A stretch of 64,000 nucleotides of DNA from a virus. Below are positions 38,648 through 48,613 of the stretch, in pieces. The DNA is taken from IMG/VR virus record IMGVR_UViG_3300012930_000002, positions 7,818 to 71,817 of that record. The stretch is one strand, 5' to 3'. The translations under genes and the position numbers were made by a program. Position 1 is the first letter of the stretch. Each line of letters opens with the position of its first letter. Below the pieces are notes generated by a model. It was not told the DNA's origin, did not search any database, and was given only the letters and a program-made list of their open reading frames with translations.

Positions 38648-39295
38648 ATGGGAAAAAGAAAATATCCGCTAGTTCAAGTCGGAGATGTTTTTAATAGGCT
38701 AACAGTTATAGCTTTAGGCGAACCGTTTCAGACCAAACGTCAGTCACTTAAGCGATGGCGATGTAAATGTACCTGCGGTAAAGAGTGTCTCGCTTACGAT
38801 TACGCATTGCCTTCAAGTCGTACTGTTTCCTGCGGATGTTTTCAGAGAGAATCAGCTAGTATCGCCTTAAGGATTACAAGCACAACCCACGGTGAAACTG
38901 GCAGTCCTGAGCATCGCACTTGGATTCGTATGAACGAACGATGTTATCGAGAAGCACATGATAACTATAAGCATTACGGCGGTAGGGGTATATCTGTGTG
39001 TGAGCAATGGAGGCTATCTTTCACTGCCTTTCTTCAGGACGTTGGCCGAAAGCCGTCGCCACGTCATACCCTTGATCGAATTGACAATAATGGCAACTAC
39101 GAACCAAGTAACGTGCGATGGGCTACACAGAAAGAACAGTGTCGGAATAGACGAACGAATCGACTTATAAATATCGGGGAAAAGGTTCAAACTATCGCGC
39201 AATGGTCAGATGAAACAGGTATTAAATACGCGACTCTTTATCGACGACTAGAGTTAGGATGGCCACCGGAGAAATTATTATGTCCAACGGTATAA
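38648..39295 (+). CDS. HNH-type homing endonuclease-like protein
   Basis: GDVFNRLTV, WRCKCTCG, SCGC, YGGRGISVCEQW, TLDRIDNNGNYEPSNVRWAT. Confidence 0.85.
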   Translation: MGKRKYPLVQVGDVFNRLTVIALGEPFQTKRQSLKRWRCKCTCGKECLAYDYALPSSRTVSCGCFQRESASIALRITSTTHGETGSPEHRTWIRMNERCYREAHDNYKHYGGRGISVCEQWRLSFTAFLQDVGRKPSPRHTLDRIDNNGNYEPSNVRWATQKEQCRNRRTNRLINIGEKVQTIAQWSDETGIKYATLYRRLELGWPPEKLLCPTV

Positions 39296-39696
39296 ATTCG
39301 GTGACTATGATTCTTCCAGATTTGCCGATAAGCAAAAATAAGTTGTATGGACCAGAGCCACGTACTATTCATGGTAATAGGGTAACCTGGGGGCCAACGC
39401 TAGAAGCGCGGCGATGGAGGTCTGGTATGCAGCGCTACGTGAAACCGTTGGCGATAGCAGCCACCAGCACTGTTGCTTGGGACTTGCACTACTACTTCAA
39501 TCGCTACCTGAAGGATGGTTGCACTTGGCGCAAGGTTGACGTGAGCAACTTTATCGACTGGACAATTGACACCGTGACCATGAAGCAAGAGTGGGATGAT
39601 TATCTGCTGTCGCGGCTGGTGGTGACGTTTAGCCATGATGCAGATAGGCCGCGTGTGGCAATTAGGCTAACGGAGATAGTAAATGGCAAACATTGA
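39280..39696 (+). CDS. rusA: RusA-like Holliday junction resolvase
   Basis: PISKNKLY...RKVDVSNFIDWTIDTV...WDDYLL...PRVAIRL. Confidence 0.6.
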   Translation: MSNGINSVTMILPDLPISKNKLYGPEPRTIHGNRVTWGPTLEARRWRSGMQRYVKPLAIAATSTVAWDLHYYFNRYLKDGCTWRKVDVSNFIDWTIDTVTMKQEWDDYLLSRLVVTFSHDADRPRVAIRLTEIVNGKH

Positions 39697-39888
39697 AACC
39701 TACCACTCTGGACATCGGTACGTGAACGGTATGCACTGGATCGCACAATGCCCGACTTGTAGCGCGCTGGTGGCTAAGGCGGAACAGGTGGCGGCGAGTG
39801 CGGCTAATGACAGCAGTAAACGTTAGTCACTGGCGCGACTACTGGGGGCGTGGTAGAGGGGTGGCAATGATAACAACGGAGGATAGCG

Positions 39889-40254
39889 ATGAAAAATCCA
39901 GAAGATCCAAAGCTCAACATCAATGTTCGCTTACTACGGCGAATTCAGCGGGCGATTCTGAAGTGGCCGAAGAGTTATGATCAAAGCTCATTTGGCCCCT
40001 TGTTCGCGTTCAATGCTAAGAAGCAAAAAGAGCCAACCTGTGGAACAGCCTGTTGTATTGCCGGGTGGGCCTGCGCATTAGAGGGAATGCCACCTGCTGA
40101 TATGTATAGTGATGTTCCCATGCAAGCGCGTGAGCTATTGGGACTGACTAGAGATCAAGCGGGTGAATTATTCCAAGGACGTAGAGCAACGACTAAAAGG
40201 GCCGTCAAAGCAATCGACCGGCTAATAGCAACTAGGGGTGCGCGGAGTTGGTAG
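39889..40254 (+). CDS. Phage hypothetical protein (CGTACCIAGWA motif)
   Basis: CGTxxCxAGWA...ARELLGL motif recalled from other phage proteins. Confidence 0.55.
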   Translation: MKNPEDPKLNINVRLLRRIQRAILKWPKSYDQSSFGPLFAFNAKKQKEPTCGTACCIAGWACALEGMPPADMYSDVPMQARELLGLTRDQAGELFQGRRATTKRAVKAIDRLIATRGARSW

Positions 40255-40605
40255 GAGCGAAAGGAGCACAACCATGAGCAATTCCGAGAAGGTGATAGCC
40301 GAAGATCTACGGAATCGTTTTGACGATCAGATGCTCGCGGATTTGCACCGCGATGTGTTAGCAGAAGATGTTCCGTGGAGAGATTGCGCAAAGTGCCTTG
40401 CCGGCAGAGTCATTATGGCCGGTGCTCTCGCAGTCGATACCAGAGCACTTAATAAAGCATATCTATATCTTGGCGATGACGACTCCTCGCGCTACAAGCG
40501 ACTACGGCCCTTAGTGGCTGCTGAACTCGCCCGCCGCGCCTCTCTCCGCGCCGCCGTAGCAGGTGAGATAGCGGAGTGGGGGAGAGGACTGAGCACAGTA
40601 GACGC

Positions 40606-40665
40606 GACAGTCGCAAATGGGTGCGGAGTCATCCTCCGTTGAAGTTCGATTCTTCACGGCTGTCA
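40606..40665 (+). ncRNA. tRNA-like element lacking a canonical D arm
   Basis: 8-bp acceptor-like stem GACAGTCG/CGGCTGTC, T arm TGAAG-TTCGATT-CTTCA, central hairpin CGGAG-TCATC-CTCCG. Confidence 0.5.
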
Positions 40666-40686
40666 TTGCGAATCGTTGACAATTAT

Positions 40687-41030
40687 GGGCGGTAAGACCG
40701 GCTAACGGCACCTGCCAGTCGGTCGCAGTGGTGATACTATGCAACCCTAGCCGCCCTTCCAGTTCTTTGAGATCGAATAATGACCCCTTGAGTCTGGCGC
40801 AGTGGTCATTGAGGGCAGAAGGAAGCAACTACAGACCGTTACGGTTGTGGTCATGAACACTGAGCGACCTGAGCCACTGCGCCACTCAGGGAAGCGAAAG
40901 CTAGACCTGTAGCACATCAACGAGGGTACGAGGACAGAGCGTGATGTAAAAGATCCGCGACCAAGAGTGCCAAAGCTGGTTCCAAATCCAGCCTCGCGCC
41001 AGCAACCCCGGCCCAACCCTCTTGCTTGGT
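40687..41030 (+). ncRNA. Multi-stem structured RNA candidate
   Basis: Gap with no convincing ORF, containing nested stems, a GC-GAAA-GC tetraloop and a T-arm-like hairpin ending in CCA. Confidence 0.5.
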
Positions 41031-42066
41031 AAGATGGAGGATGAACCTTGAAGGTCGCAATGTTACTATTCGCGCTTTTGATCGCTGGCGTAGTTGGCTG
41101 CTGTGTGTTTATCGCAACTGGCCATGCCGCTTGGGGGTTTGCTGCTCAAGGTTTCTGTAGCCTCTTGGTAGTGCTAACGGATCAGCTTGTCGAGAATCAA
41201 AAGTGAGATGGTGGAAGTAAGGGGGTTGGCTGATTGCAGTAAGGATGATGCTATGGAACTTACAGAACAAATCGCGGAGCTGAGTAGTCAGATAAGGCAA
41301 CTCAGCGAGCAACGTCAGACGTTAATTCAGCAATGGGCGGCTCAAGTGTCGCCGTGGAAAATCGGAGATATCACGGACGTTCGTGGCTACACATTCCAAG
41401 GGAAACAATGCAAGGTGACATTCATTGGAGGGAAGCTAAGTTATAGTGGCCGCCCCCAGGTCCAAATAGTAGGAAGAATACTAAAGCAAGACGGAACCGA
41501 TGGTAAGAACATGGCTGATTGGTGCTGGAGTCCGGAATGACACCACCCGCCATGCTCGCCTACGCGATTGTGCTGGAGGATGTGTTGCAATAAGCACGAT
41601 GAAACCTACCGATAAGCTGATCTGCCCATACTGTGACGAGGAACTGGAAGGCGAGGCAGATGATTATGCTATTGCCGGACGAATTGGACCTGATAGCGAA
41701 TCGTCCACGCAATGTGGTTATTGTGACGAGTGGTTTCGAGTACGGAGGCTGGCAAATGGACAAATCCAATTCAGATAAGACTACTGACACACTACTGAAT
41801 GAGCTTGCCGAGCGGATTGCCAAGAGGCTATTTGTTAACGGCTGTGGCGAGCATGCTAAGCGGCTTGTACTTGAACTGGATAACGGTCGTGATGGTGGAG
41901 GTTGGTGCGAAAGTGCCGTAAGAGATCAGGTCGCCGCCGAACTAGCAGGCATAGGAGCAGTACTGGACGCCGCACGTCGCGTAGTAGCCAATCCCGCTTG
42001 GGCTGGCGTATGCGATGAGGACGTGGAGTTGGAGCGGGCACTGGCTGTACTTTACCGTGAGTAAAA

Positions 42067-42286
42067 ATGATGACTGCCAACCCTATCAACGAGGCCTTAG
42101 CGCAAATTGCGGAGCGAATCACTCGAGCTCGGGAACATTTTCTCTGCGGTGTTGGAAAAGGCGCAGATTGTCATCATCGCCCGGCATCACCACGATGACT
42201 GTTGCCCTGATGCAAGAGCGTTTGAAGCAGCGCTGACTGACTTACGAGTTGCTCTTGACGACCTTTACCGTAAGGAACAACCATGA
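42067..42286 (+). pseudogene. Small ORF with an apparent frameshift
   Basis: MMTANPINEALAQIAERI continues as ELGNIFSAVLEKAQ...DDLYRKEQP in the +1 frame; resembles the preceding ORF. Confidence 0.4.
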
Positions 42287-43793
42287 CCAAGCATATGAAG
42301 CGACAAGCGCTGAACGCGGTTGTAGGGGCAATCTGTCTAACTGTTCTCATCTGGAACCCTATTCATGCCCCTGCAACAGCGTGGATGCTTGTAGCGGCGT
42401 TCTTCTTCGGTGCGCTATTCGGACTTGCGATTAAGGCAATTACCGTTGAAGGGCATCTGCATCGAGAGCATCTACCCCAATCATCCATTGACTATATTCT
42501 AAGTAACGACTAGGGGCAATCATGACCACCACCAACCAGCCTGACCGCCGCTAGGCTTATGGGATAGATTGATGACGCCGCAGGATAAAGAAAGATGGTG
42601 CCGTAAGTGTAAACGCCGTACTTGGCATCTCTATCATCGGTTCTGGGTCTGCTATGAATGTCGCACGAAGACGCGAGATAAGCGATATGAGTAAGGACCA
42701 CACCAACCAACCCAACCCCGCACAAGCCGCTGGTGATTGGGCAGATGTTATTGCAGCTGAGAAGTTGCCGTGCGTTTTGTGGAACGGCACAGGATGTAGC
42801 TTTCATCAGACTGATTGCCCGACGGTCTTTCGCCCTGCCGTAGCCGCCGCTCTTCGTGAAGCCGCAGCAACCTTAGCTTACGGTAGCGCTCCGACCGAAG
42901 CACGGATAATGTTCGGCAAAGCTTTGTACCCTGATCTAAACGGAGACGCTCCCGAAGGAATGCCCAATACACTCTGGGCCTTTGCTAAAGAAGCAGCACG
43001 GCAAATCAAAGCCCGCGCCGAAGGACAGCGGGAGATCGAGCGGCTAGAACGAGTCTGCGAATTTCTCAATACGCGAATTGGCGAGATGGCAAATGAGAAG
43101 CAGGAAGCCGAGCAGCACGGCTACAAGAAGGCGATTGAGGACGCAGCCTCGATAGCGCACAAAGCTGCACTGTGGGCGGCTGAGAGAACTGAGAATAACC
43201 CTCGCAGTGATGATCCGCGATACGGACATAAAGCTACTACTGCTGTAGAGATTGAACGACAGATTCGCGCCCTCAAGGAGGCACACGATGAGCAGCGATA
43301 AAAGTCTACAATTTCTCGTAACGTTTCTGTTGCTTCGGGGCGGGGTAGCGCTAATTACCGGCGGGTTGATTTGTATTATCTTTGTATTTCGGAGGTTGCA
43401 ATGAGCAGCGACAGGAGCAGCAGCGCCTTTGACACGTGGTTCAAAGAAACAACTTGGGCCGCTCATGGGTGCGAGCCCGGCGCTGCTGATGCGTGGAACG
43501 CGGCTACTGAGCAAGAGCGGGCGCGATGCTTAGCGGCGGTTGCTACTATCGAGCACCAGCTTGATCCGCTATTCGACGGGCGATACTGTGCTGGCTATAT
43601 GATCGCCTGTGATGAAATCGCCCGCAGGATCAGCCAGCCCGAAGCAGAGGGCGGGGAGGAGGATGACCAGTCGTGAGCGCAAACAATTACGTGAGGCAAT
43701 TCGACTACTCTGTGCACCTCAAAAGGACGCAAGCAATTGGGATAGGGCTATGAGAATCTTACAGCGGCTATGCCGGGAGAGGAGTAAGGACGG

Positions 43794-43970
43794 ATGAGTG
43801 ACAAGATCGACAAGATCAAGGTCGGCGACTGGGTCCGTTTCTACCAAGATGGTAGGCTGGTCATCGGCATCGTGCAATACGTCCACAAGTAGGAGTTCGA
43901 TGACGATTTAGAGCTTTGCACGGACATAGGCGAAACTTCGACCGATGCAGTTCAGGAGGTGCGGCGATGA
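43794..43970 (+). pseudogene. Small ORF with in-frame TAG at 43890
   Basis: MSDKIDKIKVGDWVRFYQDGRLVIGIVQYVHK*EFDDDLELCTDIG...EVRR, ending in an ATGA overlap with the next gene. Confidence 0.5.
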
Positions 43971-46453
43971 GCGTCAAGACTGAGCTAGAGGCAGCTTTGG
44001 ACGCGATCAAGCAGCGACAGAAAGCGGCACAGTCAAGTACCGACACGAAAGCGTTGTTGATTCAGACTTTCATCACCGACCTGCCGTGGCTGATTGAGCA
44101 AGTCGAGCGGCTGGAGCAAGAGAATGCTGAATGTCAAGGCAAGCCACACTCATCAAAGGCGCAAGAGCAGTCACATCGAAATCAGATTGACACACTGCAC
44201 GGGATTGCCAAGAAGCTGACGACGGATAACGCGAAGCTAGAGCGGGAGAATGCCGAACTGCGACAATTAAATATCGAACAAACCCGTGTATCTCGCGGCT
44301 ATTGCGGAGAAATGATAAAAGCACGAAACCAAGTAGCGCGACTGCGAGAGGCATTGGAAACCATTGCTTCGCAACCTACTGGCCTGCCTGTTTCTCCTGA
44401 CGCGCGGAGAGATGAGGCGCAGCTACGAAAGCTTGATACCGAGGATGCCATTGCAATAGCCCGCTCGCTTGAAGGGGAGAAACGGATTGCAGAGCTTGAG
44501 CAGCAACTTGAGGAAACTATTAATAACGCTAATAACCTCAGTGAGATTCGTTGTCGTCAGGTAGACGAACTTGAAACGTCAGTCGAGCAGCTACAAGCCG
44601 AACTTGCAGTGCTCAGGGAAGCGTGTGCACCATTTGTCAAGGTAGTACATCTGATTGACAGGATGGGCGACGATACGATGGTTGCAAAGAAGCACTGGCA
44701 CAAACTCGCTGCCGCTGTAGGCGAGACGGAGGAAGTGAAATGAGCAAGCAAGATTTGCAGGCGAAAGCCTTCAGGCCACGGAGCGTTGGAGTCATAGATA
44801 TATTCCCTAAACCAGAGGTTGTCTATTTAGACGATGCCCTCGCCGAACTCACTCGCCACGAGCAGCGCATCGCTGAACTTGAGCAGCATAAGCGCACACA
44901 CCCTTGTATGGGCACAGACTGTAACTGCGATATGTATGAAGAGGAAGTGAAATGAGCTACTGTGGATTCTCAGACTGTTTCATTCAGGGGCCGCACGTCC
45001 ATAGTTCAGCGTCAACCATAGTTGATAAACCGAGCGCTGAACGTATTGCAGAACTCGAAGCTGAACTCGCCCGCCACGAGCAGGCTGGCGCGAAGTTGAT
45101 ACTGCGGCTACGCCATCACGATTGCGGGGCTACAACTCCTGAGGACCGTTTACGCTGTCATCTACAGGCCGTTGGTGCTTGTACTACTTGCCAACTTGTA
45201 GATGCCAAGAACCACGTGGCGGGCCTGATGCTGCGGCTGCATCGGGCAACGGACGCGTTAGGACAAATCGCTAATGATCCTCACTGTGTTTATACTAACT
45301 ACTACGGGACAGACCCCCAGTACAACACGGGCGTCACTGACGGGCATCGCTGTGCTGCGACTAAGGCCCGCGCCGCCCTCAGCCAGCTTGAAGACGGGGG
45401 CGCGGAGGTTAGCAAATGAGTTACGGTCTAGTCGTATGTAATATGTGCAATCGCGAAGTTCATCAAAGAACAAATCGTGTTTGGTTTCACTGCGCCGACA
45501 TGCAGCCGATTTGCGAGAACGGGCAGGCGATCTATCCTAAAGGCGCAGCAGACATCGCGGGCCAGTTTTGCGCGGCAGACGATCTTGACGGTGAGTACGA
45601 GCAAGAACGTAAGCGACGACAGAAAGAGGCTAGCAAATGAACCGGCAAGCAAGAGCACATAGAGCAATTCAGGGCCGGTGGCAACGTGAGAAACCGCGAT
45701 GCGCGTGTGGCTCTACTGAAACTAACTGGAAAGGGCTATGTAAGAAATGCGGCTCGCTTATGCGCCCGAAACAAGGTAAAGGAAAGAAGCGGTGAACCCA
45801 CCCTCCCGCACAACCGTAACCTTTGCGCTGCTGCTTGGCGGGTTGCTGATTGTGATTGGGTACGATGTAAGTTTTCTATGGTGGCTATTATGACAAGGCC
45901 GACCGACGCAGACATGCTTAAGCTGGAGCAGGCATTCTTTCGTAATCTTCAACGTGACGATTGTGAATATGGAGCCATTGGGGTTGATTGTAAGCGGCCC
46001 TTTGGTAATTCGGATGTTGAAGGCGACATATTAGAATTAATTGGCGCTAAGCCTGATGGTGACGACGGTGAATCAGAATACTGGAGCCGCTGTCAGCGAG
46101 AATACGCAGCAGATATGTACAGCGATCTAATTGAATGGCTACAAAAGAAGTACCTGAGAAAGTCGCGATGACCGCTGCGTTTCTGGTGGAGATGGGGAGA
46201 TGAGTTACGGAAGTATCACAGTTCAGCGCTGTGGCTATTGCTGGAGTCCGTCTAGCGATTGCCGCGTCGTGCAGCTTAGAGAAGCGCCGCGCGTATGGCA
46301 ATCACCTATTCTCGCCTGTACGAGCTGTCGCAAATACCTTCGTGGAGTATTTCGTTATGTTCGTAAACCTGCGACACCAAACCGGGAGCCAGCCTCTTAG
46401 CCACGTCAGAAGCAGTTGCAATCAAGCCGTCAAAGTACAAAAGGAGATTAACG

Positions 46454-46861
46454 ATGAGAGATAACGATGACAGCGATTATCGACGTATGCGAAGATGGAT
46501 TCTCGGCACGATTGGAGGCGCAATATTTATTGCAGCAGTATTAACCATCGGCTGCCCTCCATACAATGTCTGGACAGCGAAACTGGCAGGTGAAGCAGAA
46601 CTTTCTCACGCTGAGAGCGCTCGCCGAATCCAGATTACCCAAGCGGGCGCAGAACGGGAGGCGGCACAGTTGCGAGCTGATGCAATAGCAATTGTTGGTA
46701 AGGCCGCAACTGACTTTCCAGCATATAGACAGCAGGAGTTTATTGGCGCATTCGCTGAAGCGCTCAAGGAAGGCAAGATCACGCAGATCATGTACATTCC
46801 AACTGAGGCGAATATCCCAATCATTGAGGCGGGGCGGCACCCGCTACCGAAGAAAGAATAG
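46454..46861 (+). CDS. Truncated SPFH/band-7-like membrane protein
   Basis: TM helix followed by PPYNVW...GEAEL..AE...QIMYIPTEANIPI. Confidence 0.65.
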   Translation: MRDNDDSDYRRMRRWILGTIGGAIFIAAVLTIGCPPYNVWTAKLAGEAELSHAESARRIQITQAGAEREAAQLRADAIAIVGKAATDFPAYRQQEFIGAFAEALKEGKITQIMYIPTEANIPIIEAGRHPLPKKE

Positions 46862-46866
46862 CTAAC

Positions 46867-46892
46867 GGGAGCCAGCCCCTTGACCGGCTCCC
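46867..46892. terminator. Hairpin between convergent genes
   Basis: GGGAGCC...GGCTCCC between the 46861 and 46916 stops. Confidence 0.5.
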
Positions 46893-46915
46893 TGCTGATC
46901 GGTGCTGTGATTCGC

Positions 46916-47146
46916 CTACGGATTGGCGGCAACTGCGTCTGCAAGTCCTTGGGTTGATGCTGTCAACGAAGCAACTTCGGCAGTCACCGGAGCAAGTTCC
47001 TCGGCGGTCGCACCGTTCGCCAGCGCCGCATCAACCGCAGCTTGAATACGAGCCGCGATTCCATTCAGCACGGCAACCGCTGATGCGATGACGCCGTTAG
47101 TTGTTTCGACTTGGGCGCGAAGGTCTTCTAGAACTGGATTTGGCAT
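46916..47146 (-). CDS. Ala-rich coiled-coil protein (paralog 2)
   Basis: VETTNGVIASAVAVLNGIAA...LADAVAANP; AGGAG Shine-Dalgarno. Confidence 0.7.
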   Translation of the reverse strand: MPNPVLEDLRAQVETTNGVIASAVAVLNGIAARIQAAVDAALANGATAEELAPVTAEVASLTASTQGLADAVAANP

Positions 47147-47162
47147 TTCGTTCTCCTAAAGG

Positions 47163-47480
47163 TTAAGGGGTTCCCGTGTTTGCCTTCACCGCCGCAGCTA
47201 AGGCCGCAGTAGAAGGAGTAAGTTTGGCAGTGAGCGCTGCGAGTTCTGGGTCAATCTCGACCAGCCCTTGAAGCAGCGTCTTGATGGAATTATCAATGTC
47301 GGTTTCGGCTTCGACCTTTGCGATTAAAGATGACAGGTCGAGTGCTTCTTGCTCCTCGCGTCCTTCGATGCGATCAAGGCGGCGATTCATTCTACGAAGC
47401 TGGCCGGCGATAGAGTCAAACTCCTCAATAGCAGAAATGATGCGGCTAGCTAGTTCGTCTGGTACGTCGATAGTTGCCAT
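47163..47480 (-). CDS. Ala-rich coiled-coil protein (paralog 1)
   Basis: VEAETDIDNSIKTLLQGL...LAAAVKANT. Confidence 0.7.
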   Translation of the reverse strand: MATIDVPDELASRIISAIEEFDSIAGQLRRMNRRLDRIEGREEQEALDLSSLIAKVEAETDIDNSIKTLLQGLVEIDPELAALTAKLTPSTAALAAAVKANTGTP

Positions 47481-47489
47481 CTCGCTGCA

Positions 47490-47566
47490 ACTCTAGCACG
47501 ATTGGCCGGGAAGAGCAAGACGATTTGCAACGGGGGCTTGACACACCATTGCGCTCGTGGTACAAT
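47490..47566. promoter_or_regulatory. Back-to-back promoters
   Basis: Minus: TTGCTC-17-TAGAGT (47518-47490). Plus: TTGACA-17-TACAAT with TG extension (47538-47566). Confidence 0.7.
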
Positions 47567-47786
47567 AAGTAGTAAGTGAAACAATGGGGTGACGCGCTGA
47601 GATGCATAGCATTAATCCCGGAACCGCCGTACTACTTACATGAGCATCGTTGTCGGCGACCGGCGACTAAGAAGATTGGCGACTATGGCGTCTGTGGCAC
47701 CCACGCTAAAGTTGCTCAACGGTGGCTAGATCAAAAGCGGCTTGTGCCTATGGTGGAACACTGGTGGAAGCGGGAGGCGCGTTAAC

Positions 47787-48011
47787 ATGCTCAACCTCGC
47801 CACAGTAATGAAACAGTATCGATGGGCCAGTAAACGCACTTTGCGTGAACTTGGCAGCGAGATTGGCCTGCCAGCAGCAACCCTGATGCGTCTGGAACAA
47901 GGCTACGCATCAGACGGGCCGACATTCGCGAAACTGATAGCGTGGCTGCTCGTTGATGACGGACAATCGGCGCAGCGCAGTCCAGCGCACGCTAAGCGGG
48001 GGAAGAAATGA
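47787..48011 (+). CDS. XRE-family HTH regulator
   Basis: TLRELGSEIGLPAATLMRLEQG. Confidence 0.75.
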   Translation: MLNLATVMKQYRWASKRTLRELGSEIGLPAATLMRLEQGYASDGPTFAKLIAWLLVDDGQSAQRSPAHAKRGKK

Positions 48012-48421
48012 GTGCAAGATTAAACACCGTGATCTTTACAGCGCACCTAATCAGCGAGGTTTGCTGCAGGTGTGGCATTTGTTTCGGCGTCCCTTCAGAG
48101 TTTCTGAATAATAGAATCAAAGATAAGGCTCAATTTTACTGTCCAAACGGTCACGGTCAATCCTATGTCGAAAGCGAAGCTGATAAAGTGCGCCGCGAAA
48201 TGCAGAAACAGCTTGACGCCGAGAAGAACCGCGTTGAGTTTCTCCGCCGCGAAAACGAGAGCAAGAAACGAGAATTGATAGCCACGAAAGGCAAACTGAC
48301 AAAGGTAAAGAACCGGATTAAGAACGGTGTCTGTCCAGTCTGTCGGCGAAACTTCGCAGCCCTTGGCAAGCACCTGAGAAAACAGCATCCAGAGTTTTGT
48401 GAGCAGGAAGTCCATCAATGA
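48008..48421 (+). CDS. Zinc-finger coiled-coil protein
   Basis: CCRCG...FYCPNGH and CPVCRRNF..LGKHLRKQH (C2H2). Confidence 0.7.
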   Translation: MSARLNTVIFTAHLISEVCCRCGICFGVPSEFLNNRIKDKAQFYCPNGHGQSYVESEADKVRREMQKQLDAEKNRVEFLRRENESKKRELIATKGKLTKVKNRIKNGVCPVCRRNFAALGKHLRKQHPEFCEQEVHQ

Positions 48422-48613
48422 GTGACTGTCTAGCGGAATTACATCTTGGAGATGATTATGGGGATAATCAATGCACGATACATTGTCAACTACCGCCTGA
48501 ACATGAACCCCCGCACTGTGAGCGATTCCAACGCGGAGGATTGCCGGTAGTTATCACATGGCATATTGATGACAGGGAAGACAAAGAGGACGGTTATTAA
48601 AGGAGCGCGCCCG

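Larger units (their letters stand above)
41041..46400 (+). other. Dense array of small hypothetical ORFs, many coiled-coil or Cys-rich (e.g. 41187..41540, 42283..42513, 42654..43301, 43967..44743, 44740..44955, 44952..45419, 45416..45640, 46200..46400)
   Basis: Coupled ORFs with Shine-Dalgarno sites; recurring RIAELE motif. Confidence 0.5.

Noticed and set aside
40606-40665. Bona fide tRNA-Sec (selC) or tRNA-Met
   Set aside because: No D stem, no variable arm and a non-canonical anticodon loop; kept only as a tRNA-like element.
40676-40704. Promoter at TTGACA 40676
   Set aside because: No plausible -10 box at 16-18 nt.
40810-40832. SRP RNA, because of GAAGGAAGCA
   Set aside because: The CAGG-NCC-GNRA-GG-AGCA helix 8 pairing is absent.
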